Shown one piece after another: positions 46,805 to 55,084 of a stretch of DNA of 64,000 bases (position 1 is the first letter of the stretch; every line of letters begins with the position of its first letter). The stretch covers positions 12,298 to 76,297 of the forward strand of contig DASWWE010000011.1 in assembly GCA_036406055.1 (NCBI GenBank), read 5' to 3'. The notes under the pieces were generated by a model. It had not been told where the DNA came from. It saw only the letters and a program-made list of their open reading frames with translations, and searched no databases. The position numbers and the translations under genes were made by a program. Source of the stretch: Flavipsychrobacter sp. (GTDB taxonomy: Bacteria; Bacteroidota; Bacteroidia; Chitinophagales; Chitinophagaceae).

Positions 46805-47197
46805 ATGCACAACTTCACCACAGAAATATTTTATCGCACCGCACGCAGTGGTGGCAAAGGCGGCCAGAATGTAAACAAGGTGGAAACCATGGTAGAGGCC
46901 TGGTGGCATATTCAAAACTCGCATGCCTTTACGCCCGAGGAAAAAGAACTGATACAAACCAAGCTTACCAGCCGCATTAATAAAGACGGCTACCTGGTAG
47001 TAAAGAGCAGTGAAACCCGCTCTCAACTGGAGAACAAGCATATAGCCCTGCAAAAAATGCAGGAGTTGATAGCACAAAGCCTTATAGTGCCGAAAAAACG
47101 CAAGCCCACCAAACCCGGTAAGGCAGCAAAAGAAAAGCGCCTGGAATCCAAGCGCCGTGAATCTTTTAAGAAGCAGATGCGTCGTAGCGACTGGTAA
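46805..47197 (+). CDS. arfB: alternative ribosome-rescue factor ArfB (peptidyl-tRNA hydrolase, GGQ protein)
   Basis: RSGGKGGQNVNKVETMVE GGQ motif and a basic C-terminal tail KKRKPTKPGKAAKEKRLESKRRESFKKQMR. I prefer the ATG at 46805 to the TTG at 46790, which lies in the terminator T-run. Confidence 0.85.
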   Translation: MHNFTTEIFYRTARSGGKGGQNVNKVETMVEAWWHIQNSHAFTPEEKELIQTKLTSRINKDGYLVVKSSETRSQLENKHIALQKMQELIAQSLIVPKKRKPTKPGKAAKEKRLESKRRESFKKQMRRSDW

Positions 47198-47199
47198 TG

Positions 47200-47697
47200 C
47201 TACTGTGCCAGGTGGGCACGTATCATCCAGGCTATCTTTTCGTGTTTCTGCAATATCTCTGTAAGGAAGTCGCCCGTACCCACGTCATCATCTTTATCCT
47301 GTACTTTATCTATCGATTCTCGTATGCTGCGGATGATAGACTGGTGGTCGTCCAGCAGTTTTTGCAGCATTTGCGTAGCCGGCAGCTTACCGCCGTTTTC
47401 TTCCTGTAGCCTTGTGTTCTGCAAAAACTCGTACATACTGCCGGTAGCATAATGGCCTATGTAGCGAATGCGTTCTGCTATCTCATCTATCCAGTCGGCA
47501 AGCAGGTTATACTGCTCTTCAAAAAATTTGTGCAGCACACCAAATTCCAGCCCTTCTACATTCCAGTGAAAGTTGCGGGTCTTTATATATAGTACATGCT
47601 CATCGGCCAATAACAGTTGCAGCTCGTTGGCTACATCCTGCCGATGCTCATCGGTGATGCCGATCTTTACATTGTTGTTCTTTGCTTTCGTTGCCAT
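47200..47697 (-). CDS. dps: Dps-family DNA protection during starvation protein
   Basis: LN.LLADEHVLYIKTRNFHWNVEG..F..LH.FFEEQY......DEIAERIR..G is the ferritin-like Dps pattern. Confidence 0.88.
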   Translation of the reverse strand: MATKAKNNNVKIGITDEHRQDVANELQLLLADEHVLYIKTRNFHWNVEGLEFGVLHKFFEEQYNLLADWIDEIAERIRYIGHYATGSMYEFLQNTRLQEENGGKLPATQMLQKLLDDHQSIIRSIRESIDKVQDKDDDVGTGDFLTEILQKHEKIAWMIRAHLAQ

Positions 47698-47708
47698 AAC
47701 AGCTTGTT

Positions 47709-48275
47709 TTACTTGTGGTTCAATAGATATTCTATTGACCTGGGGTAAAAAAAGTGTTCCAACTGGTGAATTTTATTGGCCAGGGTATCGGCAGTATCGT
47801 TTTCCTCTATACGGCATCTGGCTTGTGTTATAATATCGCCGCTATCATATACCTCGTTCACATAGTGTATCGTTATGCCCGATTCACGCTCTTTATTTTC
47901 CAGCACAGCATTATGCACATGATGTCCGTACATGCCTTTGCCACCATAGTTGGGCAACAGTGCCGGGTGAATGTTCACAATACGGTCGGGGTAGGCTTCC
48001 ACCAGTAGTGCAGGTATCTTCCACAGGAAGCCCGCCAGTACTATCAGCGATGGATTGTGTTCTGCCAGTTGTTCCAGCAGCAGCGCTCCTTTTATGGTTT
48101 CCCTATCTATTATCAGGAAAGGTATATGCTCCTCCTTTGCTATATCCAGCACACCGGCATCGGCTTTATTCGATACGATAAGCGATACGCGTGCCTGCCC
48201 TGTGGTTTTAAAATGATCGATAATAGCGCGGGCATTAGAACCCCTGCCGGAAGCAAAAATGATAATGGAATGCAT
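47709..48275 (-). CDS. purN: phosphoribosylglycinamide formyltransferase
   Basis: IIIFASGRGSNA.AI....................SNK.DAG.L..A........LAGF.......L......RI.NIHPALLP.YGG.GMYG..VH. Confidence 0.9.
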   Translation of the reverse strand: MHSIIIFASGRGSNARAIIDHFKTTGQARVSLIVSNKADAGVLDIAKEEHIPFLIIDRETIKGALLLEQLAEHNPSLIVLAGFLWKIPALLVEAYPDRIVNIHPALLPNYGGKGMYGHHVHNAVLENKERESGITIHYVNEVYDSGDIITQARCRIEENDTADTLANKIHQLEHFFYPRSIEYLLNHK

Positions 48276-48330
48276 ATGGCCGCAAAGGTAGTAAAGAGTT
48301 TACGTTTTGGCATTTATGTATCTTAGCACT

Positions 48331-48729
48331 ATGAGCAATGAGAAGCTGAGACTGGATAAATACCTATGGTCGATACGTGTTTTCAAAACCCGCACACTGG
48401 CTACCAATGCCTGCGATGAGGGTAAAGTAAAGTTCAACGGTGCCAATGTAAAACCATCGCGTACGGTGGCTGTGGGCGATGCCTACGAGATACGCACCCC
48501 TGCCCGCAAGTGGCTGATAGAAGTAACCGGCCTGCTGCACACCCGCCAAAGCTATGAAGAGGCTATAAAATACTATGTAGATAAAACACCGGAAGAAGAG
48601 AAGGTGGATAAGCGCATGACGGAAAGCTTCCATACCGGTAAGCGCCTTAGCAAAACAGGCCGCCCGTCTAAAAAACAACGGCGCGACCTGAATGATTTCC
48701 TGGGTTTTGATGAAGAACCCGAAGTATAA
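48331..48729 (+). CDS. S4-domain RNA-binding protein (Hsp15/HslR-like)
   Basis: LRLDKYLWSIRVFKTRTLATNACDEGKVKFNGANVKPSRTV.VGD.YEI. ATG at 48331; the track start at 48307 is TTG. Confidence 0.8.
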   Translation: MSNEKLRLDKYLWSIRVFKTRTLATNACDEGKVKFNGANVKPSRTVAVGDAYEIRTPARKWLIEVTGLLHTRQSYEEAIKYYVDKTPEEEKVDKRMTESFHTGKRLSKTGRPSKKQRRDLNDFLGFDEEPEV

Positions 48730-48732
48730 ATA

Positions 48733-49773
48733 TTAGTAAGCAGAAACGAAGTTGCCTTCTTTCACTATTACCCAGTTATCACCAAAGTCTTCACTGCGAA
48801 AGATGCCTTTGCTGGTAGCTGCGTATATATATCTTTTAGAAATGCCGTTTTTGTAGTAATCTTCCTTACCTACTATGGCACGTACTGTCATATTTTGTGT
48901 AAGGCCTATGCTGGCAGGCTCAAAGTTGGTTTCACCCAATTTCAGGCGGTAAATACCCTTGCTCGCTGTGCCTATCAGCACCGTTTGGTCAAAAGGTGCG
49001 TTAGCGCAATACAATGGCTCACCAGCAGGCAGGCCTGCATAGGCATTCCAGGTAGTACCATCATCCGTGCTGTAAAAAGCTCCGGCCTGGCCGCTGTAAT
49101 CTACTGCTATTACCGTATTTTCCTTATGCGTCAGGTAGAATAGGCCCGCAGGCAATTTTGTACCGCCCGTAGTTTTTTGCCATTGCTGCCCGGGATCAGA
49201 GAGGCGGAATGTTTCTTTATTAAAATTATCCAGTGCTATCAGCTTACCGCTTTTCAGCTCGGTAAAAGAAGTGATTTGTGTGCCCGCCGGTACATTTTCA
49301 TCGGTTACAGGCCTCCATTTATTCACTTCACCAAAGTCATCATTGTACACCATGCCTTTACCTAAGGCAGATATCACATATACACGCTTGTACCTTGCCC
49401 AGTAGTGCATAATGCTCTGTTCAAAACCAAAGCCTACATCTGTATAGGTAGGGTTAGAGTTATTACCGGTAAGGCTGTTTTCTATAATGTGCAGGTTTCT
49501 TTGGTAAAACAGGATATTATTACCCGCCGTAATGATAGACGTGGTAGGGATACCACCATTGAATACTACATATTTATAGTTGAAACCCTCGTTTGTATTC
49601 AATATAGTTCCTGAGCTGTCGCCAACGTATAATGAGTAAGGTTTTGAAATAACCTGGTTATTATCAATTTCGTTAATCTTCGGTTTGCAGGATTGGAACG
49701 TTAGTGCCATCGCTGCCACCACGCCCATGCTATAGATAATGGTACGATTACCCATTGAAAAAATTTTCATCAA
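48733..49773 (-). CDS. lipoprotein with BNR/Asp-box-like beta-propeller repeats
   Basis: Lipobox ALTFQSC. Asp-box-like motifs YSTDDGTTW and RSEDFGDNW. Confidence 0.65.
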   Translation of the reverse strand: MMKIFSMGNRTIIYSMGVVAAMALTFQSCKPKINEIDNNQVISKPYSLYVGDSSGTILNTNEGFNYKYVVFNGGIPTTSIITAGNNILFYQRNLHIIENSLTGNNSNPTYTDVGFGFEQSIMHYWARYKRVYVISALGKGMVYNDDFGEVNKWRPVTDENVPAGTQITSFTELKSGKLIALDNFNKETFRLSDPGQQWQKTTGGTKLPAGLFYLTHKENTVIAVDYSGQAGAFYSTDDGTTWNAYAGLPAGEPLYCANAPFDQTVLIGTASKGIYRLKLGETNFEPASIGLTQNMTVRAIVGKEDYYKNGISKRYIYAATSKGIFRSEDFGDNWVIVKEGNFVSAY

Positions 49774-49827
49774 GTTTATAAAAAATAGTTAAGAAATCAA
49801 AGGTTATATATTAATTCTAAGACAGCA

Positions 49828-49858
49828 ATACCCGGCAGGTGGTTTGTCCTGCCGGGTA
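49828..49858 (-). terminator. GC-rich hairpin between tandem minus-strand genes (terminator-like, weak U-tract)
   Basis: TACCCGGCAGGtggtttgtCCTGCCGGGTA, an 11-bp perfect stem. Confidence 0.45.
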
Positions 49859-49887
49859 ATTTCATTTAAATATATAAACATTTATTG

Positions 49888-51588
49888 CTATTTCAATGCT
49901 ACAGGTGCATTTGCTGTTTCGTTTTCGTTCATTTTATTGGCAAAGTCCAGCAGTAGCAGCAGGCTGTTTTCTTCCTTGTTTATAAAATTGATGTCCAGGT
50001 CGTATTCAAAGGCATCATTTTTAAAATCGCCACCTGTAAATAGTACATCACTTACCAGTGTGCGTGCATTGTGCATCATGGCCGCATCAGCCGGTCTTGC
50101 ACCTGTCGTATCTACACCCGCCATCATGCTTTTTACATCAAAATAAAGGCCGCTGGCGTGGTCGTATACCTTCCCTGCATTGCCGCTTTTTTTCTGCGCC
50201 TTGTAGCTGCCTGCCAAGTAGCCCGCCGCCAGTTCATCTTTGTTCGATAGCACCACGTAGCCTTTGTCTATAATGATGGCCAGTTTGGTACCCATCAGCA
50301 TAGGTACGACATAGCGGCCATTGCCTACGGGCGCCAGCATCGAATCTTGCCTGGCTACCTGCAATAGCTTATCAAATTTTTCCTGCTTGCCTACTTTCAG
50401 TGCAAACACATAATCGGCATCGCTGGTGCTGGTAGTAATAGGTTGCTGCCCCGGGTACAGGCTATCTGCAGGTATAGTTTGCCTCATATTTTTAAAATTG
50501 GTAACCGATACCGCCATATCGCCCGATATGGCATCGGCCACATCTTCTATCGTCAGCCCCTTTTGTGCCAGTGGTATGTTCACAAAACCTATCAGTCCCA
50601 ATTTATCAAGCATTTGCCTGATGCCTTTGGTAGAGATATGGGCCGCTGCCAGCATATTCAGGTTATTACCCGGCAGCCGGTCTATCGTTTCTTTATCGGT
50701 ATTGCCCTTGCCCATTTCCTTATATACACTCCTCAGCTCTTCCGATGTATAATAGCGCATCTTGCCTGCTATCTTACCCGTTTCAAAGTCTATGCCCATG
50801 GCCATAGCAGCATCTTTCCACAGGCTGCCGGCTGCTGCCAGCCCCCCGGCCATGCTACCGGCTTGCTGCATGTTATGAGCCATCAGTGCCTCATAGTTTA
50901 CCCACAGGCTTATGTCGTGGCCTTCTTCCTGCAGCTTCACAAAGTTTTTATTACCGGTTATGGCATTTTCTTTTGTGGTGCCCAGTACTTTTTCTATTTC
51001 CATCGCCATAGTGGCTTCGTCGGGCTTGCGGGGTGCAGGCGGCGTATCCATGCCCATGCTGTCCAGCGCTTCCATATCTTCGGCGCTCAAGTTCATGTTA
51101 TTTTCCTGCTGCTGGTATACGGTATTCATTACTATCAGCAGGTTATTGGTCCAGCCGGCATATACATCGCTGCCCAGCAAGGCTTCCTTCCTGTCTTTTT
51201 GCTGCTTTACCGTTACTTCGGGAAACTGCTTTTTCAAAAAGGCTTCCCATTTACCTGCATCATCCAGCGGTATCACCGCCGTTACTTTATTGCCGCCCAT
51301 ATAGCGGCTATCGGCCTGCACATAGGCATAGTAGGTAGTCATGGTTTCTATACCACTGTTTTCCAGCTCTTTTATCATGCTGCTGTCGTTCATCTTTTGC
51401 TGCATGTTTTTCAGCAGCTTGCTGCCCCACAGGGCATTCCAGGCTACTTTTTTGCCCAGTGCTGCAGTGTTGATACCCAATACGGCAGTAGCGGTGGCAG
51501 GTATGTGGTCGGCATGTGTTGGTGTCTTCTTACAGGCCGAAAAAAGGGTAACCGCCAGTAATAATAATGTGATGATGTGCGTTCGCAT
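49888..51588 (-). CDS. large lipoprotein of unknown function (possibly DUF4836-like)
   Basis: Lipoprotein signal MRTHIITLLLLAVTLFSAC. 566 aa. The + strand ORF 50443..51561 is an antisense shadow. The family name comes from memory only. Confidence 0.7.
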   Translation of the reverse strand: MRTHIITLLLLAVTLFSACKKTPTHADHIPATATAVLGINTAALGKKVAWNALWGSKLLKNMQQKMNDSSMIKELENSGIETMTTYYAYVQADSRYMGGNKVTAVIPLDDAGKWEAFLKKQFPEVTVKQQKDRKEALLGSDVYAGWTNNLLIVMNTVYQQQENNMNLSAEDMEALDSMGMDTPPAPRKPDEATMAMEIEKVLGTTKENAITGNKNFVKLQEEGHDISLWVNYEALMAHNMQQAGSMAGGLAAAGSLWKDAAMAMGIDFETGKIAGKMRYYTSEELRSVYKEMGKGNTDKETIDRLPGNNLNMLAAAHISTKGIRQMLDKLGLIGFVNIPLAQKGLTIEDVADAISGDMAVSVTNFKNMRQTIPADSLYPGQQPITTSTSDADYVFALKVGKQEKFDKLLQVARQDSMLAPVGNGRYVVPMLMGTKLAIIIDKGYVVLSNKDELAAGYLAGSYKAQKKSGNAGKVYDHASGLYFDVKSMMAGVDTTGARPADAAMMHNARTLVSDVLFTGGDFKNDAFEYDLDINFINKEENSLLLLLDFANKMNENETANAPVALK

Positions 51589-51635
51589 ATGTATATGTTG
51601 CTATATAAAATTAACGGTAATGGTTTATAAACAAA

Positions 51636-51672
51636 TATCCCGTTCCAGGATAACGTTTCGGAACGGGATACT
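51636..51672 (-). terminator. rho-independent terminator (minus strand)
   Basis: TATCCCGTTCCaggataacgtttcGGAACGGGATA, an 11-bp stem. On the minus strand it is followed by tttgttt. Confidence 0.6.
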
Positions 51673-51705
51673 TATATATCGGGCCACGCCCGGAAATGTT
51701 ACAAA

Positions 51706-52134
51706 TTAAAACGGCAGGTCATCCACATTTTCAGGAGATGGGTTGAAATAATTGCCGCCACCGCCATTGTTGGGTGCAGGGGCATTATTGTAAGATGGCG
51801 CAGGGGCAGCATTATAGTTACCCGCAGGAGCACCGGCACCTGCAGATGCCGCTTCTACACGCCATGCATCCAGGTTGGTAATAAAATTCACACGGCCATC
51901 TTTTTCCCACCTGTTACCTTTTATATTAAAGCTCACTTTTATCTGGTCGCCTTCGTTAAACCTGTCAATTATTTCGCATTTGTTTTGTACCAGCTGCATT
52001 TTTGCATAGTTGGTATAGGTATTGCCGTTTATCTCTTCGGCCAGTTCCATTACAAATTCACGTTTCTTAAAGCGTTCGCTCACCTGTTGTGTATCATACT
52101 TTACCAGCAGCTTACCTGTTACTTCTAAACTCAT
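51706..52134 (-). CDS. DUF3127-family OB-fold-like protein with Gly/Pro/Asn/Ala-rich linker and C-terminal DDLPF tip
   Basis: MSLEVTGKLLVKYDTQQVSERFKKREFVMEL......YTNYAKMQLVQNKCEIIDRFNEGDQIKVSFNIKGNRWEKDGRVNFITNLDAWRVE matches my memory of DUF3127. The tail is ..AGAGAPAGNYNAAPAPSYNNAPAPNNGGGGNYFNPSPENVDDLPF. Confidence 0.8.
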   Translation of the reverse strand: MSLEVTGKLLVKYDTQQVSERFKKREFVMELAEEINGNTYTNYAKMQLVQNKCEIIDRFNEGDQIKVSFNIKGNRWEKDGRVNFITNLDAWRVEAASAGAGAPAGNYNAAPAPSYNNAPAPNNGGGGNYFNPSPENVDDLPF

Positions 52135-52173
52135 ATTTTAAAATTTAAAAAATTACGATGTTGTATGTGGTTG

Positions 52174-52181
52174 CAAAGATA
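52174..52181 (-). promoter_or_regulatory. -7 box candidate (TATCTTTG) for the DUF3127 gene
   Basis: Plus strand gCAAAGATActaagat, with 39 nt between the box and the ATG at 52134. Confidence 0.35.
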
Positions 52182-52205
52182 CTAAGATAGTGAGGGTGCA
52201 GAAAT

Positions 52206-52236
52206 AAAAAAAGTGCATCACGTAGATGCACTTTTT
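52206..52236. terminator. orphan bidirectional terminator hairpin in a divergent intergenic region
   Basis: aaaaaAAGTGCATCacgtaGATGCACTTttt, with no annotated gene ending at it. Confidence 0.6.
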
Positions 52237-52520
52237 AAAATCGGGGATGCCTGTTTGACACCTGTATATATCTTAATTGTTATTGCCAATAAGGTTTGTG
52301 GTGATACGGTAGGGATAACGGCGATAACAAAAATAATACTTAATATATATTTCTCTCTCTTATCCCTTCCCGGTTTTGCAGGATGAGCGCAAAGATATAA
52401 GATTGAAAATAAGCCATGTGTAGAATAAATTCTATACATCCTTTTGTTTATAATTGATGAAATTCGCGTGCTTTTTCATTTCATCTTTACAGTAAGAAGG
52501 GATAATACACTACCATAAAC

Positions 52521-53135
52521 ATGCAGCCAAATGTATTGATTGCCGATGACCATAGTATGATACGTAAGGGTATCAAATTGATTTTACAGACAGATTTGGG
52601 CGTTGCGGATGTTTCGGAAGCTACAAGTTGTGTAGAGTTGATGTCTGAATTATTAAAGAAAGATTATACACATTTAATACTGGATATCATCCTTTCAGAT
52701 GGTACTTCGCTGGAAGTAATACCCAACATTAAAAAAATATATCCTGATCTCCATATCATGATATTTTCTATGCTGAACCGTGCTGTGTATGGCGAGGCGC
52801 TGAAACAATACCAGATACACCACTACCTGGAAAAAACAAGTACAGAGGCGGAAACCATCACTTTCCTCAGCAATTTCATACAAAACGATCATATCCTCCC
52901 TTCTTCCACAAATATTCCGGATAGTCCCGCTAATCCATTCGTAACCCTGTCTGCCCGCGAATTGGAAGTGCTGCACTACCTGCTGAAAGGGCATGGCACC
53001 AAAGAAATATCATCGGTGCTCAACCTGCGTATGAACACCGTTTCTACACTTAAAACCCGCATTTTTGAAAAAACAGAAACAAGGAACCTGAAAGACCTGA
53101 TGCAGTTAGCTACTTTGTACAACGTTAATTACTAA
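52521..53135 (+). CDS. response regulator, NarL/FixJ (LuxR HTH) family
   Basis: VLIADDHSMIRKGIK...LILDIIL.DG receiver motifs. C-terminal LSARELEVLHYLLKGHGTKEISSVLNLRMNTVSTLKTRIFEK. Confidence 0.88.
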   Translation: MQPNVLIADDHSMIRKGIKLILQTDLGVADVSEATSCVELMSELLKKDYTHLILDIILSDGTSLEVIPNIKKIYPDLHIMIFSMLNRAVYGEALKQYQIHHYLEKTSTEAETITFLSNFIQNDHILPSSTNIPDSPANPFVTLSARELEVLHYLLKGHGTKEISSVLNLRMNTVSTLKTRIFEKTETRNLKDLMQLATLYNVNY

Positions 53136-53145
53136 CTTCAAAGTC

Positions 53146-54150
53146 TTGCTGCTACATATACAACCCGACCTGATCTGGTATAAAAGCATATGGTTTTTAT
53201 CCATCGGTACGCTGGCTATCAGCGTATATATAGCTATTATGCTACATCGCCGTGCCAAACGCCTGGCTACTGACCAGAAAACACTTACGCAACTGGTTGA
53301 TGAAAAAACCCGGGAAATACGGCAGCAGAATGAAGCGCTGGAAAAAAACAACCGGATAAAGACACGCCTTATTTCCATCATCAGCCACGATATTGTTACC
53401 CCCCTTCGTTTTCTGCATATCACCGGCAAAAACATGCTGGAAAATAATGACACTATATCAGATGTGATGCGCGATGAGGTATTGGCAGAAATGGTTACCA
53501 CTGCCCGCGAGCTGGAATTGCTCACCACCAATATCCTCAACTGGATAAAATACCAGAACGAAAACCGCGCCCTGCTGCGCGAACCCTTCGACCTGCACAT
53601 TATCATCGGGCAGATATTCGGGCTGGTAAATGGTATGGCGCGTCAAAAAAACATTGTGCTGACCAATGATGTGCCGCAAGGCTTCATTATAGACCAGCAT
53701 ATAGAGCCGCTGAAAATTGTATTGTACAACCTGGTTATAAATGCCCTCAACTTTATGGAACGGGGGCATATCACCATAAATAGCCGCCAGCTACGCAATG
53801 GCTTGCTGATAGAAGTAAAGGATGAAGGGCTGGGCATGACCGAGGAACAGATAAATAATATCCTGTCAGACAGGTTTGTGATTTCATCGGCCAATGTAGA
53901 TGGCAAACGTGGCAACGGGTTGGGCTATCTAATTATAAAGGACCTGCTGAAGCTGTTGAATGGCAGGTTTACCATTAAGAGCGCGCCCAATAAAGGCACC
54001 AGTATCAAGCTGTTTTTCCCTGAAGAACAAGGTGTAAGCAAAATAAAAAGTGCCCGGCTCGCGGACACTTTAGCTAATAATGGGAGGCATATGGGGGTCG
54101 AACCCACGACCTTTGGAACCACAATCCAACGCTCTAACCAACTGAGCTAA
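53146..54150 (+). CDS. histidine kinase (TM + HisKA + HATPase_c) without an extracytoplasmic sensor domain; the 3' end of the ORF overlaps tRNA-His on the opposite strand
   Basis: WYKSIWFLSIGTLAISVYIAIMLHRR (TM), ISIISHDIVTPLRFL (H-box), NLVINALNF (N-box), DEGLGM, GNGLGYLIIKDL, GTSIKLFFP. TTG start, with 10 nt between it and the regulator stop. The last ~40 codons beyond FFPEE have no kinase homology that I can see. Confidence 0.75.
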   Translation: MLLHIQPDLIWYKSIWFLSIGTLAISVYIAIMLHRRAKRLATDQKTLTQLVDEKTREIRQQNEALEKNNRIKTRLISIISHDIVTPLRFLHITGKNMLENNDTISDVMRDEVLAEMVTTARELELLTTNILNWIKYQNENRALLREPFDLHIIIGQIFGLVNGMARQKNIVLTNDVPQGFIIDQHIEPLKIVLYNLVINALNFMERGHITINSRQLRNGLLIEVKDEGLGMTEEQINNILSDRFVISSANVDGKRGNGLGYLIIKDLLKLLNGRFTIKSAPNKGTSIKLFFPEEQGVSKIKSARLADTLANNGRHMGVEPTTFGTTIQRSNQLS

Positions 54151-54157
54151 TGCCTCC
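54081..54157 (-). tRNA. tRNA-His (anticodon GTG)
   Basis: Reverse complement is G-GAGGCAT-TA-GCTC-AGTTGGTTA-GAGC-G-TTGGA-TTGTGGT-TCCAA-AGGTC-GTGGG-TTCGACC-CCCAT-ATGCCTC-C. It has a full cloverleaf, the GTG anticodon in a 7-nt loop, and the extra G(-1) paired with C73 that is characteristic of tRNA-His. Confidence 0.92.
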
Positions 54158-54285
54158 ATCTACCCTATTGGGAGGGCAAAGGTAGTGCTTTTAGTAATTT
54201 CAGGCAAGTATTTTATACAGAAGATTTACGGGCATATACCCTTCCAACGTATAGACTTTTAACAAATTATCATGGGGGCAACGAT

Positions 54286-54293
54286 TATATTTG
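54286..54293 (+). promoter_or_regulatory. -7 box candidate (TATATTTG)
   Basis: tatatttg lies with 17 nt between the box and the ATG at 54311. Confidence 0.35.
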
Positions 54294-54310
54294 CGCACTA
54301 ATTACCAATT

Positions 54311-55000
54311 ATGATAAAACGTATTGCCCTGCTGGCGCTGTTACTGGTGCCCACTATGATGCAGGCCCAGGAGGTAGAAAAAGGAAGCGAGAAGAAAGCA
54401 ACCGTACAAAAACCGTCACGCGATTTCCTGATGCTGCAGTTCAACTACGAAGGCTGGGTAAAACCTGATAGCATTAAAACAACCGGCATCGGCCGTGGCT
54501 TCAATGCCTATCTCTGCTACGATTTTCCTATTAAAAATTCCAACTTCAGCTTCGCCGCCGGCATTGGTATCGGTACATCCAATATCTACCTCGATGGCCA
54601 GCAGATACTGAATACAGATACGGTTTCTTACACCCGCTTTGTAAACGAAACGGTAAACTACAAAAGGTACAAACTGACCACTGCTTACCTCGAAGCACCT
54701 TTCGAGTTTCGTGTATATGGCAACAGGGACAACCGCAACAAAGGTTTTAAAGCAGCTGTAGGTATGCGCGTAGGTACCTTGGTTGGCACGCATACCAAAG
54801 GCAGGGAAGACGGCACTAAAGTGAATTATAAAAACAACAGCAAAAAGAACCTGGAAACATGGCGCTTTGCAGCTACCGCACGTATAGGCTACGGCAACTT
54901 TACGCTGATGGGCACTTATAATCTTACCAACCTGTATAAGGATGGTGAAGGCCCTGCCATCACACCTTATTCAATAGGTATCTGTATCACAGGCTTGTAA
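54311..55000 (+). CDS. outer-membrane beta-barrel (porin-family) protein
   Basis: Signal peptide MIKRIALLALLLVPTMMQAQ. Alternating beta-strand pattern. About 229 aa, as in OMP_b-brl_2-type proteins. Confidence 0.7.
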   Translation: MIKRIALLALLLVPTMMQAQEVEKGSEKKATVQKPSRDFLMLQFNYEGWVKPDSIKTTGIGRGFNAYLCYDFPIKNSNFSFAAGIGIGTSNIYLDGQQILNTDTVSYTRFVNETVNYKRYKLTTAYLEAPFEFRVYGNRDNRNKGFKAAVGMRVGTLVGTHTKGREDGTKVNYKNNSKKNLETWRFAATARIGYGNFTLMGTYNLTNLYKDGEGPAITPYSIGICITGL

Positions 55001-55018
55001 TAAAACGAACGATATAAC

Positions 55019-55047
55019 AAAAAGCCCCGCAATTGCGGGGCTTTTCT
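55019..55047 (+). terminator. rho-independent terminator
   Basis: aaAAAGCCCCGCaattGCGGGGCTTTtct. Confidence 0.8.
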
Positions 55048-55084
55048 ATTTAAAATAAAATACATTTATATATCCTCAATTCCT

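Noticed and set aside
47698-47708. dps starts with only 11 nt between it and the purN stop on the same strand, an unusual operon for a stress gene.
   Set aside because: It may simply reflect an internal promoter within the purN 3' end. Nothing in the sequence lets me argue for a functional link.
52218-52439. 73-aa minus-strand ORF in the DUF3127 / response-regulator spacer.
   Set aside because: It runs through the terminator hairpin and has an implausible composition. A non-coding transcript fits the promoter and terminator layout better.
52135-54157. Genomic island integrated at the 3' end of tRNA-His and carrying the two-component system.
   Set aside because: There is no integrase. I found no direct repeat of the tRNA 3' segment (gggaggcatatgggggtcgaacc) further left. 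Other core genes in the window also dip to 35-40% G+C, so composition alone is not convincing. It is kept only as a caveat in the kinase finding.
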